Of a DNA stretch of 64,000 bases, positions 40,533 through 50,666 are shown one piece after another (positions within the stretch are counted from its first letter, which is position 1; each line of letters starts with the position of its first letter). The notes below the pieces were generated by a model. It saw only the letters and a list, made by a program, of their open reading frames with translations. It was not told the DNA's origin and searched no databases. The stretch spans positions 30,785-94,784 of the forward strand of contig CBDAFS010000007.1 in NCBI GenBank assembly GCA_965195285.1, written 5' to 3'. The position numbers and the translations under genes were made by a program. Source of the stretch: an uncultured Aminicenantes bacterium. Lineage in GTDB: Bacteria > Acidobacteriota > Aminicenantia > UBA2199.

Positions 40533-41757
40533 TGATCATGTTTGTTGTATTAATGGCCATTTGAACGTCATCACTCATGGATGTATAATTCCAGGTCCCG
40601 TATCTGCCGATTGAATAAATACCCAGTTTTTTGAGTTTTTTTAATATGGGGGGGATGATATCTCCCCATTGAAGATTAAAAATGATATAGGAAACCGGGA
40701 TCATGCGGTGATCAATATAAAGAATATCATCCGGTTCCCGGATTATCTGTAATTGTTTCAGGGTGAAAGAAATTTCCTGAACAAGTTTCCGGGAGTGAGT
40801 GATGCTTGAAGGATTTGTGATTGATTTTTCCAGATAACAGATTGGCGGATTTCTAGAGGGATAAAATCCAACCCGGTAAAAGGGTATCTTTTTTTCAGGA
40901 ATATAGGCCCAATGAAACCTTTTTCTTTGCCTTTTCAAAACCACATTGGAAACCAGGGTTGATACATGTTTAAACTTTGCCGGGTCTGGTAAATCAAGAC
41001 CGGGTTCCATCCTGATCAGCAACTGGTTAAGGGGCATGGTATTGATGATATACTCATATGGGTATGATGCGTTTTGAGTGAATACTTTTTTTTGCTTCCA
41101 GTCGATTTTCAGAACTTCTTCGTTCAGCTTAATATGGGATTTGATAGGGGTGGCCATATTCTCGATGAAAAGGCGCAGGGGAATTCTGGGGTACCAAAAA
41201 ACAGGATTATATCCTTGGTTGTCAAAATTTTTCCCCTTAAATCCCTGAATAACTGATTTTTTATCAGGTACTGGAATGCTGCCTTTATCCATGGTGGCCA
41301 TAATTTTTTTTAAATTGGTTTGATAATATTTATCCAAAAAAGGTTGGAAAAAAGTATAAAAGAGTTGTTCACCGAAATTGGTCTTGAGATAGGCTTCGAG
41401 ATTCGGGCAATCGGTTCGAAGAGTCTCCGGGAATTCATTTAAAATACGCCGGGCCAAATTTTTGGGTAGATGAGACAGGTGAAGTTGAACAGGGAAGGGA
41501 ATATATTTATTAAAGATGTAGGTTTTGCTCTTCCGGTTGTAACATCTAAAGGTGGCATATCTCTCCAGAGAGGTTTTGATTACGGCTTTGTTTTTAAAAT
41601 GAAAGTAATGTCCGCTATAATCGAACCAGAAATCTTCTGATCTGTACTGGGTTGAGAGGCCCCCGCAGGAATTGTTTTTCTCGAGCACCACAAATTTTTT
41701 ATTGAGGTTATTGGCTGCCGTCAAACCAGAAATTCCGGCGCCGATTATGATCAGCAT
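40522..41757 (-). CDS. FAD-dependent oxidoreductase (protoporphyrinogen oxidase/UDP-galactopyranose mutase-like)
   Basis: IIGAGISGL Rossmann fold, GGL, FDYSGHYFH, GRYGTWNY. Confidence 0.8.
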   Translation of the reverse strand: MLIIIGAGISGLTAANNLNKKFVVLEKNNSCGGLSTQYRSEDFWFDYSGHYFHFKNKAVIKTSLERYATFRCYNRKSKTYIFNKYIPFPVQLHLSHLPKNLARRILNEFPETLRTDCPNLEAYLKTNFGEQLFYTFFQPFLDKYYQTNLKKIMATMDKGSIPVPDKKSVIQGFKGKNFDNQGYNPVFWYPRIPLRLFIENMATPIKSHIKLNEEVLKIDWKQKKVFTQNASYPYEYIINTMPLNQLLIRMEPGLDLPDPAKFKHVSTLVSNVVLKRQRKRFHWAYIPEKKIPFYRVGFYPSRNPPICYLEKSITNPSSITHSRKLVQEISFTLKQLQIIREPDDILYIDHRMIPVSYIIFNLQWGDIIPPILKKLKKLGIYSIGRYGTWNYTSMSDDVQMAINTTNMINEK

Positions 41758-41767
41758 AAGAGGCCTG

Positions 41768-42769
41768 CTATTCCATTTTTTCTTCGGCCAGCCAAAGTCC
41801 CATCAGGGTGAAGGCAAGGATGATGCAGATAGTTGAAATAATGGTTATGGTCGGATTGGTATAAAAATTGAGAAATACGATTAACATCAATATCAGTTGA
41901 ACACCAAAAATGATACAGGTGGTTTTGATAGTTGACAATCTGAATTTTTTTTTTAGCCGTAGGGCAAAATGATCATTGGTTCCGAAAAAAGGAGATTTTT
42001 TTTGAAAAATGCGCAGAATCACGACATATATCGTATCAAAAAGCGGAATGCTCAGGATAAAAAAACCGGAAATAAATCCCAGGTCATTGTATTTGCTGTA
42101 ATCACTCATTATGGTCAGTGATCCGATCACCATTCCGATAAACATGCTTCCGGAATCTCCCAAATAGATCCTGGCGGGTTTCCAGTTAAATTTGAGAAAA
42201 CCCAGTAATGATGCAGCCAGGCTGATGGATAAAATTGAAATAAGAAATTGTTGATTATACAGGGAAATTACAAAAATGGTTAGTGAAGCCAGAAAGGTAA
42301 TTGATGTGGCCAGACCATCCATGATATCGATGATGTTAATGGCATTTATCATGGTAATGATCCAAATGAATGACAGTATATAGTTTACCCAGGGGTGGAG
42401 AAAAGTTAAATTGATTATGATTCCGCTTCGGATTAGAATAAACGTGGCAATGATTTGAAAAAGGAATTTAATGATGGGGGTTATCGCCTTCAGGTCATCA
42501 AAAAGACCGACAACAAGTAGAATAGAGCTGGCAAACAATATGCCTAATAGTGTTTTATTAAAGGGGAACAACAGGCTGACCGGAGATATGAAGGCAAAGT
42601 AAATAATAACCCCACCCAAGTAGGGAACCGGCTGTGTTTGTTGTTTTAATTTCTGATCGGGGAAATCCATTATATTGTACCGATGGGCTACTTTTTGAGC
42701 GACCGGGGTTCCATAAATGGTTAAGAAGAATGAAAGAACAAATGAAAGAATGAGGATAATTTCATTCAT
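41768..42769 (-). CDS. WecA/TagO-like undecaprenyl-phosphate HexNAc-1-P transferase (MraY family)
   Basis: P.LGG, GLFDD, NAINIIDIMDGLA, IYLGDSGS, DHF. Confidence 0.9.
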   Translation of the reverse strand: MNEIILILSFVLSFFLTIYGTPVAQKVAHRYNIMDFPDQKLKQQTQPVPYLGGVIIYFAFISPVSLLFPFNKTLLGILFASSILLVVGLFDDLKAITPIIKFLFQIIATFILIRSGIIINLTFLHPWVNYILSFIWIITMINAINIIDIMDGLATSITFLASLTIFVISLYNQQFLISILSISLAASLLGFLKFNWKPARIYLGDSGSMFIGMVIGSLTIMSDYSKYNDLGFISGFFILSIPLFDTIYVVILRIFQKKSPFFGTNDHFALRLKKKFRLSTIKTTCIIFGVQLILMLIVFLNFYTNPTITIISTICIILAFTLMGLWLAEEKME

Positions 42770-43691
42770 TTTTTTTTATTAATTTTCTTTTCTTGAAGGC
42801 TTTTCTCAGATATTTATAGGACATGATTAATTTTATTATAATTTTTGGAGAACTCAAAGTCAATGTGCTCACCCAGATGAAATCTTTAATAACAATAAAG
42901 GGAATAGTCCACCAGAAACGCTTCCAGCGAAAGTTTTTTATCAGGGTCAGGTACCTGTTCTTAATCAGATGAAATTTTATTTCCGGGCTTCTGGCCAGTG
43001 ATAGTGACAGGCGGGACAGAATATTTTTTTTAAGTGTTCCACTGCGGTAATGATAGGCAATTGCCTGTGGATAAAAATAGACTTTCAATCCATAGAGGTT
43101 GGCTCGCCAGCCCAGGTCAAAGTCTTCCCAAAAACAAAAATAGTCCTCATCGTAATATTCATCAAATATCTTGAGATTCTTCAATGCAGTGCGCTTGAAA
43201 ACCGTAGCTGCACCGCATACGGAAAATACAGGTCCTTCCTTGATTTTTATTTTACCTAATGGTTGATTGTAACCGATTTCCCGGGGATAAAGCGCCCGGG
43301 AATAGATCTGACCGGCAGAATCGATACGCTTCCCGCCAAAACGCAGAATCAATGGTGACAGCATTGCAATGCTTGCATCCTCGGAGTATTTTTTTATGAC
43401 ATGGACATTAAAATCCCGGTCAAAATAGGTGTCTGAATTGGCCAGTAAGATTAAATCACTGCTACAGAGTGATATTCCGATGTTTGAACCGCTGGCATAA
43501 CCGGAATTGAATTTCATTTCGATTGGTTTTACTTTCTCGAATTTTTTTATGATTGTTAATGAGTTATCCGTAGAGTGATTATCCACCACGATGATTTGCT
43601 TAAAGGCGATTGATTGGTTGAGTAATGATTTTAAGTTCTCATGGAGAAAAGCTTCTCCATTAAAATTTATGACAACAGCTGCTATATCCAA
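42762..43691 (-). CDS. glycosyltransferase family 2
   Basis: VVDNHSTD, NSGYASG.N, NSD, EDFDLGWR. Confidence 0.9.
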   Translation of the reverse strand: MDIAAVVINFNGEAFLHENLKSLLNQSIAFKQIIVVDNHSTDNSLTIIKKFEKVKPIEMKFNSGYASGSNIGISLCSSDLILLANSDTYFDRDFNVHVIKKYSEDASIAMLSPLILRFGGKRIDSAGQIYSRALYPREIGYNQPLGKIKIKEGPVFSVCGAATVFKRTALKNLKIFDEYYDEDYFCFWEDFDLGWRANLYGLKVYFYPQAIAYHYRSGTLKKNILSRLSLSLARSPEIKFHLIKNRYLTLIKNFRWKRFWWTIPFIVIKDFIWVSTLTLSSPKIIIKLIMSYKYLRKAFKKRKLIKKNE

Positions 43692-43736
43692 TTTTTATGT
43701 GAAGTGCTTAAATGGCCGGGCAATACCGTAATGGCA

Positions 43737-44213
43737 TTATTTCTTCTTTTTTTTAAGGTTTTTTTTGGAAAAGAAGTTGGTAATAAATTTTTGATAGGTC
43801 TTCAATGACCATTGATCTTTGAAGACGGCAGTGAAAATAACTTCTCCGCTTATTTTATGTTTCCCGATAAGGGAATTTTCATTGACCTTAAACGGAATTT
43901 CGATCTCCTTCTCCAGATCGAGTAAGATGGCATCATTTTCTTGTTTGGTTTGGAAGTTCAGTTCAGATGCGGTAAAAAATATTTTTGGAAAGGAGAAATC
44001 GCTGTTGTTATCCAGTTTGATAATAAATTCCGGGTGAGAAGAAATTTTTAGGCCGCTTTTTGGAGTAATTTTGATTTTTAAGATTCCTTCCTCGCCCTGC
44101 AATATGGTTCTGGGAGTTACATTGGTGATGATTTTCAAATAATCTTCCTGGGGAAAATGAAAAACATAAAAAACTAAAATCACCAAAAATAGCAATAATG
44201 CCTTTTTTATCAT
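43737..44213 (-). CDS. exported DsbD N-terminal Ig-like domain protein (no Cys pair)
   Basis: N-terminal TM; beta-rich body with ITPKSGLKISS; no cysteines. Confidence 0.5.
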   Translation of the reverse strand: MIKKALLLFLVILVFYVFHFPQEDYLKIITNVTPRTILQGEEGILKIKITPKSGLKISSHPEFIIKLDNNSDFSFPKIFFTASELNFQTKQENDAILLDLEKEIEIPFKVNENSLIGKHKISGEVIFTAVFKDQWSLKTYQKFITNFFSKKNLKKKKK

Positions 44214-44307
44214 GCCCTATATATACATGATTGAATTTAGGTTGTCAATATACCTGCGTTATCTTCCCGGATTGAATTTTGGATACAACACCCGGTAGTT
44301 GGTTTGC

Positions 44308-45249
44308 CTACGATTTCATATTAAAGTGATCGTAACCATTATTCCCGGTTTGAATGGTCTTCCCATTATGGGTGATGGTCAATTGATCCTGTTTTGGCTG
44401 AATTTCTCCGATAACCCGATAGCTGATCTTTTCCTGTCTTAATTGCAGTTCATTCTCCGGGGATATGGTAAATAAAAGGACATAATCCTCACCACCGGAT
44501 AGTACCAGTTCATATTCATTCAAATGGTATTCCCGGCATATTTTCTTCATGGTTCGGGGAATGAGCAGGTTTTCATAGAACAGGTGTCCTCCCTTTCCGG
44601 ATGCAGTCAGGATTCTCTTCAGGTCAATGACCAGTCCATCCGAGACATCAATCATTGAATTGGCATATTTTGCCAGAATCTGACCCTCCTGCAAACAGGG
44701 GATCACCTTTTGATGCCGGGTGCTCCAGGGCTTGATGCTTTTGCCGCTTAACAGCAGTTTCAGTCCGAGTGCAGAAGCACCGGTTTGGCCGGTGATTCCA
44801 ATTAAATCTCCATCTCTGGCGTTCTGCCGATAAACCGGATGTTCGGCTTCACCAACCATAGTGATGGAAATGCACAGTTGAGAAGATTTTGAAAAATCAC
44901 CTCCGGCCAGCTCCAGGTTCCATTGTTGACAGCCATTCTTTAAGCCCTGAAAAAACTGTTTCAATTCTTTTATACCCAGGTTTTTAGGGAATCCCAGTCC
45001 CAAATAAAAGTAATGCGGAATCCCTCCCATGGCAGCGATATCACTCAGGTTTACCGCTATGGCTTTGAGTGCCAGCTCCTTCATTTTAATGTCTCTAAGC
45101 CGGAAATGGACGTTTTCGACTAAAAGATCGGTCGTTATAAGTTGGTGGGTGCCCTCTGAATAAATAACGGAAGCATCGTCGCCGATTCCCTGTCCCCGGG
45201 TAAAGGAAAACTTGTTTTTTAAAAACCTTTCAAAATCCAGCTCATTCAT
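44308..45249 (-). CDS. thiL: thiamine-monophosphate kinase
   Basis: GIGDDA, TTDLLVENVHF, NLSDIAAMGG, GGD, IDVSDGL, GGEDY.L. Confidence 0.95.
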   Translation of the reverse strand: MNELDFERFLKNKFSFTRGQGIGDDASVIYSEGTHQLITTDLLVENVHFRLRDIKMKELALKAIAVNLSDIAAMGGIPHYFYLGLGFPKNLGIKELKQFFQGLKNGCQQWNLELAGGDFSKSSQLCISITMVGEAEHPVYRQNARDGDLIGITGQTGASALGLKLLLSGKSIKPWSTRHQKVIPCLQEGQILAKYANSMIDVSDGLVIDLKRILTASGKGGHLFYENLLIPRTMKKICREYHLNEYELVLSGGEDYVLLFTISPENELQLRQEKISYRVIGEIQPKQDQLTITHNGKTIQTGNNGYDHFNMKS

Positions 45250-47630
45250 TAAAGGGTCTTCTCAACCAGAGCGAAATTAACCGCTTCTTTGATATCTTTT
45301 ATGAATATGAATTTAATACCGTCCAGGTATTTCTTTTGAAGCTCTTGAAGGTCCTTTTTGTTTTTTTCCGGAAGAATGATATTTTTAATTCCGGATCTTT
45401 TGGCCGCTAACACCTTCTCTTTAATGCCTCCCACCGGAAGTACTTTTCCCCTGAGAGTGATCTCGCCGGTCATGGACAGCATCCGGTTGATCGGTTTCTG
45501 GGTAAAGGCGGAACATAATGCCGTTGCCAGAGTGATACCGGCTGAGGGTCCATCTTTGGGTATGGCACCTTCCGGGATGTGGATATGAATATCATTCTTA
45601 TCAAATTGACTGGGATCAACGGATAGTTTTTCTGCATTGGCTTTGATAAAACTGAGAGCAGCTGTGGCGGACTCCTTCATGACATCACCGAGTGAACCGG
45701 TCAGAATCAATTTCCCCTTACCAGGAATCAATTTGACCTCTATAAAGAGGATATCGCCTCCGTATGGTGTCCAGGACATTCCCGTGGCCACACCCACCGT
45801 ATTTTCTTCCAGTAATTGATCCCTAAATATTTTGGCCAACCCCGCATATTTTTCCAGGTTTCTGGCTGTAATTTTATAACATTTTCTCTCGCCCAGGGCG
45901 ATTTTATGAGCTACTTTCCGACATATACCTCCGATCTCTCTTTCAAGATTCCTGACTCCGGCTTCTCTGGTATAGAGGCCAATTAACAGTTTTATGGCGC
46001 CAGGGGTAAATTCAATGAGCTTACGATTCAATCCATTCTGCTCGATTTGCCTGGGGATGAGGTGCCTTTTGGCAATTTCGACTTTTTCTTCTTCTGAATA
46101 CCCATGGAGATAAATGGTCTCCATTCTGTCCTTGAAAGCCGGCTGAATGGGTTCTAAAAGGTTGGCTGTGGTTATGAACAGGACTTTGGATAAATCAAAA
46201 GGGATACCCAGGTAGTGATCGGTAAAAGAACTGTTCTGTTCTGGGTCCAGAACTTCCAGGAGTGCAGAAGATGGGTCACCACGAAAGTCAGCCCCGATCT
46301 TATCCACTTCGTCTATCATAAATACCGGATTGTTGGAGCCGGCTCTTTTAATTTCCTGAATAATTTTCCCTGGGAGTGCTCCCACATAGGTTCTGCGGTG
46401 TCCGCGGATCTCGGCTTCGTCCCGCACTCCGCCCAGTGAAATTCGTACGAATTTTTTATTTAAAGCCCGGGCAATTGATTTTCCCAGAGAGGTTTTTCCG
46501 ACTCCAGGCGGTCCAACAAAACAGAGAATCGGTCCATGTGCTTTTGAGGTGAGTTTTCTAACACTCAGGTATTCCAGGATTCTCTCTTTTACTTTGGCAA
46601 GTCCATAATGATCCTGGTTCAATGTGTTTTTTGCTCGTTTCAGGTTTAGATTATCTTTGGTTGAGACTGACCAGGGTAATTCGAATATCCAGTCGAGATG
46701 ATTTCGGGTAACCGTGCTTTCGGCTGATTCGGGGTGCATTTTTTTCAATCTATCAATGTTCCTTTCAACTTCCTTTCTGGGTTCATCTGGCATTTGGATT
46801 TCTTTCAACTTTTTCATATAGTTGTTGATCTCTTCGGTTATCTCGTCGGTTTCTCCAAGTTCCTTCTGAATTGCTTTTAATTGTTGTCTCAGAAAGTACT
46901 CCCTTTGATTTTTGTCCATTTCGCCCTGAGCCTTCAGATTTATTTGATTTTGAACATTCAACATTTCCAATTCATAGGTTAAAAAATCATATACTTTTTT
47001 AATTTTTTTAAGGGAGTTTTCCTCCTCAAGGATTTTCTGGGAGTCTTCGATTTTGAGATCAAGATTTGAAGCAATAATATCAGACAATTTTCCCGGTTCT
47101 TCAATATTTTCGGTTATAACAAAAATTTCATTGGGTATCTGTTTTCCCAGTTTCCCGGTTTGTTCGAATTTTTGCCGGATGTTACGGATAAGCGCTTTGT
47201 CTTTCATGTTCAGCCGCTTTGGTTCCTTATCCTCAATGGTTTTGATATCTGAGGTAATTATTTTACCGTTATCATTGATCGATTTTACTTTAACCCTTGA
47301 AATTCCCTGAACAAGCACCCTCATCCGGCCATCCGGTAGTTTTAGCATTCTGACTACCAACGCAACGGTCCCGACCCGGTATAAATCTTCGGCATCCGGG
47401 TCTTCTATACTGGCATCCTTCTGGGTCAAAAGCAGAATCATCCGGTCTGAGTTCAGGGCATGATCAATTGCCTTCTTGGATTTGGACCGTCCCACATAAA
47501 GAGGTACGATCATATAGGGGAATACCACAATATCCCGAAGAACCAGCACCGGCAGGTTTTCAGGAAGGGTTAATTTTTCTTCTTCGGACTTGATAATACT
47601 ATCATTGTTATTGTCATTTTCTTTTTCCAT
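45249..47630 (-). CDS. lon: ATP-dependent Lon protease
   Basis: LRDIVVFP, GPPGVGKTS, HRRTYVGA, PKDGPSAG catalytic Ser, GGIKEK. Confidence 0.97.
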   Translation of the reverse strand: MEKENDNNNDSIIKSEEEKLTLPENLPVLVLRDIVVFPYMIVPLYVGRSKSKKAIDHALNSDRMILLLTQKDASIEDPDAEDLYRVGTVALVVRMLKLPDGRMRVLVQGISRVKVKSINDNGKIITSDIKTIEDKEPKRLNMKDKALIRNIRQKFEQTGKLGKQIPNEIFVITENIEEPGKLSDIIASNLDLKIEDSQKILEEENSLKKIKKVYDFLTYELEMLNVQNQINLKAQGEMDKNQREYFLRQQLKAIQKELGETDEITEEINNYMKKLKEIQMPDEPRKEVERNIDRLKKMHPESAESTVTRNHLDWIFELPWSVSTKDNLNLKRAKNTLNQDHYGLAKVKERILEYLSVRKLTSKAHGPILCFVGPPGVGKTSLGKSIARALNKKFVRISLGGVRDEAEIRGHRRTYVGALPGKIIQEIKRAGSNNPVFMIDEVDKIGADFRGDPSSALLEVLDPEQNSSFTDHYLGIPFDLSKVLFITTANLLEPIQPAFKDRMETIYLHGYSEEEKVEIAKRHLIPRQIEQNGLNRKLIEFTPGAIKLLIGLYTREAGVRNLEREIGGICRKVAHKIALGERKCYKITARNLEKYAGLAKIFRDQLLEENTVGVATGMSWTPYGGDILFIEVKLIPGKGKLILTGSLGDVMKESATAALSFIKANAEKLSVDPSQFDKNDIHIHIPEGAIPKDGPSAGITLATALCSAFTQKPINRMLSMTGEITLRGKVLPVGGIKEKVLAAKRSGIKNIILPEKNKKDLQELQKKYLDGIKFIFIKDIKEAVNFALVEKTL

Positions 47631-47640
47631 ATTTACCTCA

Positions 47641-48042
47641 TCACTTAATGGGCACTGTAATTTTTTTTGGTTTTCTTTTGGGGATTTTTACGATTAAAAC
47701 ACCGTTTTCCATAATTGATTTGATATTGGCATTATCAAGAGTCAAATCGATTATTATTTTTTTGTAAAAATGACCGAACTCTCTCTCAAACAGATAATAA
47801 GTAACCTGAGGCTTGTTGATCCGAGGTTGAAGTTTTATTCCCCTTATTACCAATTCCTGATTCCTCTGCAAAACAATGGAAACGTCTTCCTTGTTTACAC
47901 CTGGCAATTCTACTTCAATTATCAATTCTTCCTCAGCCTCAATGATATTGGTGCTGGGTTCCCAGTCAACTTTGGTACTGATTCCGGTCGAAAAGTTTTT
48001 GCTGATTTCTATTTCAAAGAGTGAATAATTTTTCTTTGCCAT
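47641..48042 (-). CDS. Hsp20/alpha-crystallin small heat-shock protein
   Basis: ELPGV.KEDV, ERE.G.F, ENGVL.VKIPK. Confidence 0.9.
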   Translation of the reverse strand: MAKKNYSLFEIEISKNFSTGISTKVDWEPSTNIIEAEEELIIEVELPGVNKEDVSIVLQRNQELVIRGIKLQPRINKPQVTYYLFEREFGHFYKKIIIDLTLDNANIKSIMENGVLIVKIPKRKPKKITVPIK

Positions 48043-48498
48043 TTATTCCTCCTTTTTCAACAGGCTATGCAATTCATTCAGAAACTCTTCCAAACTCTTG
48101 AAATCAAAATAAACCGAAGCAAATCTGACATAGGCGACCTTGTCCAGATTTTTCAATTTATCCATGATGTATTCTCCAATGGCTTTGGTAGCAATCTCTT
48201 TATCTGAGCTGTCAACCATCTCTTCAATCTGAAAAGCGATTTGCTCGATTTGTTTGACCGGTATTGGTCTTTTTTCAACGGCTCTGTAGAGCCCCTTTTT
48301 AACCTTGTCAATATCGAATTCTTCGCGGCGGCCATCTTTTTTGACCACCATCAGATGAATACCTTCGGGTTTTTCATAAGTGGTAAAACGTTTGCCACAT
48401 TTTAAACACTCTCTGCGTCTTCTGATATAATGACTATCTCTGCTTTCCCGTGTTTCAATGACTTTATCTTCTATGTCTCCACACTCAGGACATTTCAT
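48043..48498 (-). CDS. nrdR: transcriptional repressor NrdR
   Basis: MKCPEC, IRRRREC..C..RFTTYE, ATP cone, AYVRFASVY. Confidence 0.97.
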   Translation of the reverse strand: MKCPECGDIEDKVIETRESRDSHYIRRRRECLKCGKRFTTYEKPEGIHLMVVKKDGRREEFDIDKVKKGLYRAVEKRPIPVKQIEQIAFQIEEMVDSSDKEIATKAIGEYIMDKLKNLDKVAYVRFASVYFDFKSLEEFLNELHSLLKKEE

Positions 48499-49501
48499 TT
48501 CCCCCCCCTTTGAAATTTTTTATGGATTTTATATTTAAACCCTGAACCATAGATGCGATCAAGCCACAAACAACCCACAAAGCCAAAACCAGGAAATGAA
48601 AAAGGATGGTATAGGCAACAGCTGTATCTACTGGAATATTATACAGTTTGGTTAAAGCAATTTTTGATGCCGCATCAATGGTACCTGCCATTCCCGGTGT
48701 GGGAATGGCAGCCGAAACCACCAGAATACTGAAATAAGGAAAAACCTCGAATAATCCGAGATGGATATCAAATCCCTTCATTAATATCCAGTAACAGGGT
48801 ATTAGGGCAAACCAGACCGCGACAGACGCTAAAAAAAGTTTCAGTACATCAACGAATTTCAGGTTCAATTGCAGGCCTTTTATGAATTTTAAAGTAAATT
48901 CTACCAAACGGGCTCGGAACTTCTCAGGCAGGATCCTGGATATTTTGTTAATCAACTTCTCTACTATAGGGAAAACACGCCTGGTGTTGAACAGATAAAA
49001 CAAAAAAAAGATCAAAATGACAACAGGAAGTATGAAAATGGCTATTTTTTTAATTTGAATTAAAAATATCGAATTATTGTTTTCGATGAAAAGCAGAGAA
49101 AACAAAAAAAACATGACCACAATAAAAAAATCAATTAACCTTTCCAGTACCACTGAGGCCAGGCCATAACTCCGGGGAATGTTTACGTTCTTGGCCAGCA
49201 ACATTCCCTTGGCCGGCTCTCCAACCCTTCCGGGAACCAGAAAATTGATGAAATATCCGATCATGGTGTAGTTGTAAAGAGTTGAGAGTTTTATTTTTTT
49301 TTTATAGGGTTTCAAAATGATTCCCCAACGATAGGCCCGGATAAAAAATTGTAGGAATGATCCCAGTGCAAACAGAAGTGGATAAACCGGATTTATCCCC
49401 TTAATGATCTGGATGACTTCACTGAAATTGACATTATTGAAAAAAACAAACAATAATATCAGTGTGATACCGAGGATAATGGCAATTTTTACATATTTCA
49501 T
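48485..49501 (-). CDS. lysylphosphatidylglycerol synthase TM / UPF0104 flippase-like membrane protein
   Basis: RAYRW, N..VPGRVGE, ERLID, PTPG..G. Start moved to ATG 49501 because the ORF-track TTG is a -35 hexamer. Confidence 0.85.
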   Translation of the reverse strand: MKYVKIAIILGITLILLFVFFNNVNFSEVIQIIKGINPVYPLLFALGSFLQFFIRAYRWGIILKPYKKKIKLSTLYNYTMIGYFINFLVPGRVGEPAKGMLLAKNVNIPRSYGLASVVLERLIDFFIVVMFFLFSLLFIENNNSIFLIQIKKIAIFILPVVILIFFLFYLFNTRRVFPIVEKLINKISRILPEKFRARLVEFTLKFIKGLQLNLKFVDVLKLFLASVAVWFALIPCYWILMKGFDIHLGLFEVFPYFSILVVSAAIPTPGMAGTIDAASKIALTKLYNIPVDTAVAYTILFHFLVLALWVVCGLIASMVQGLNIKSIKNFKGGGNEMS

Positions 49502-49651
49502 GGTTAATATAGTAGTATTTTTTGTTGATATTGTCAATTCTTAAATAGATAATGGAATTTATTTGCTGTTTAACAGAAAAATGATCAGTTAAACCACATA
49601 TTTTTTGTTTAAAATTAATAATTTCACTTTTTTTATTGAAAAGACAATACA

Positions 49652-50599
49652 ATGTTGATAAACTTCCTTATTGTGATAGAATACAGGGAACACCGAGGCC
49701 CTTTTATCAAATCCTGTCCCTGCTCTCCCTCCACGGTTTCCTGTGGATACCACAATTTAAACTTGCATACCGGATGTCCCTATGATTGTTCATACTGCAT
49801 CCTCCAGGTTTATCTGGATCATAAATCACCAGTTTTTTCGATCAATTTGGGTGATTTAAAAAATGAATTGAAAGAATTCAGTGCAAGAAATGAACAGGTG
49901 AGAATTGGAACCGGAGAACTTTCGGATTCCCTGGCTTATGATCTTCGAACCGGCTATTCCTTGAAAATCATATCGTTGTTTGAAATGTTTTCCCAGGTGG
50001 TATTTGAATTTAAAACCAAATCCAATCAGATTGGGAATCTGCTCCGGGTAAAAAATGTTTTAAGCAATCTGGTTGTTTCCTGGTCTTTGAATCCAGGCCA
50101 AATAGCCAGACGTGAAGAAACCCGGGCGCCGTCTCTGAAAAATCGACTCCGGGCAATGAAGCAGATTCAGAAGAGGGGGTATAAAATCGGGATTCATCTG
50201 GATCCGATCATTTTTGTTGATGATTGGAAAGCATTATATACCGGGTTGATCAGTCAGATTGTTTCTGTGGTGGATCCGGCCCGGGTTGTCTGGATCAGTC
50301 TGGGCGCCTTGCGGTTTCCTTATTCATTAAGAGATCATATTTTTAAAAATAAAAAATCCCGGTTATTTGAAGGCGAACTGGTCAAGGGTTATGATAATAA
50401 GTATCGGTATTTTAAACCGTTGCGCCTGGAAATGTTTAAATATATCTCTGAAAAAATCAGAACACTGATTTCAGCTCACATACCCCTCTATCTGTGTATG
50501 GAAGATAAAGAAGCTTGGGAGGAGGTTTTTCCCCGGGTAAAACCGGATACAAATGAGATTAATAAGCAATTATATTTATCAGTGTTTGAAATCAAGTGA
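49652..50599 (+). CDS. spore photoproduct lyase-like radical SAM protein (start possibly GTG 49673)
   Basis: GCPYDCSYC.LQ, RIGTGELSDSL, EFKTKS, SWSLNP, HLDPI, YLCME. Confidence 0.85.
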   Translation: MLINFLIVIEYREHRGPFIKSCPCSPSTVSCGYHNLNLHTGCPYDCSYCILQVYLDHKSPVFSINLGDLKNELKEFSARNEQVRIGTGELSDSLAYDLRTGYSLKIISLFEMFSQVVFEFKTKSNQIGNLLRVKNVLSNLVVSWSLNPGQIARREETRAPSLKNRLRAMKQIQKRGYKIGIHLDPIIFVDDWKALYTGLISQIVSVVDPARVVWISLGALRFPYSLRDHIFKNKKSRLFEGELVKGYDNKYRYFKPLRLEMFKYISEKIRTLISAHIPLYLCMEDKEAWEEVFPRVKPDTNEINKQLYLSVFEIK

Positions 50600-50666
50600 T
50601 TTTTTTCTTATTTTATTCTATCATCTAGATTTAAGTTATTTAACTAAATTACCGGAGTGAATTTAA

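Noticed and set aside
49502-49537. ORF-track N-terminal extension MTISTKNTTILT
   Set aside because: The TTG start is the TTGACA -35 hexamer, so ATG 49501 is the better start. Extensions at 23936, 24504 and 51505 were trimmed on SD or overlap evidence.
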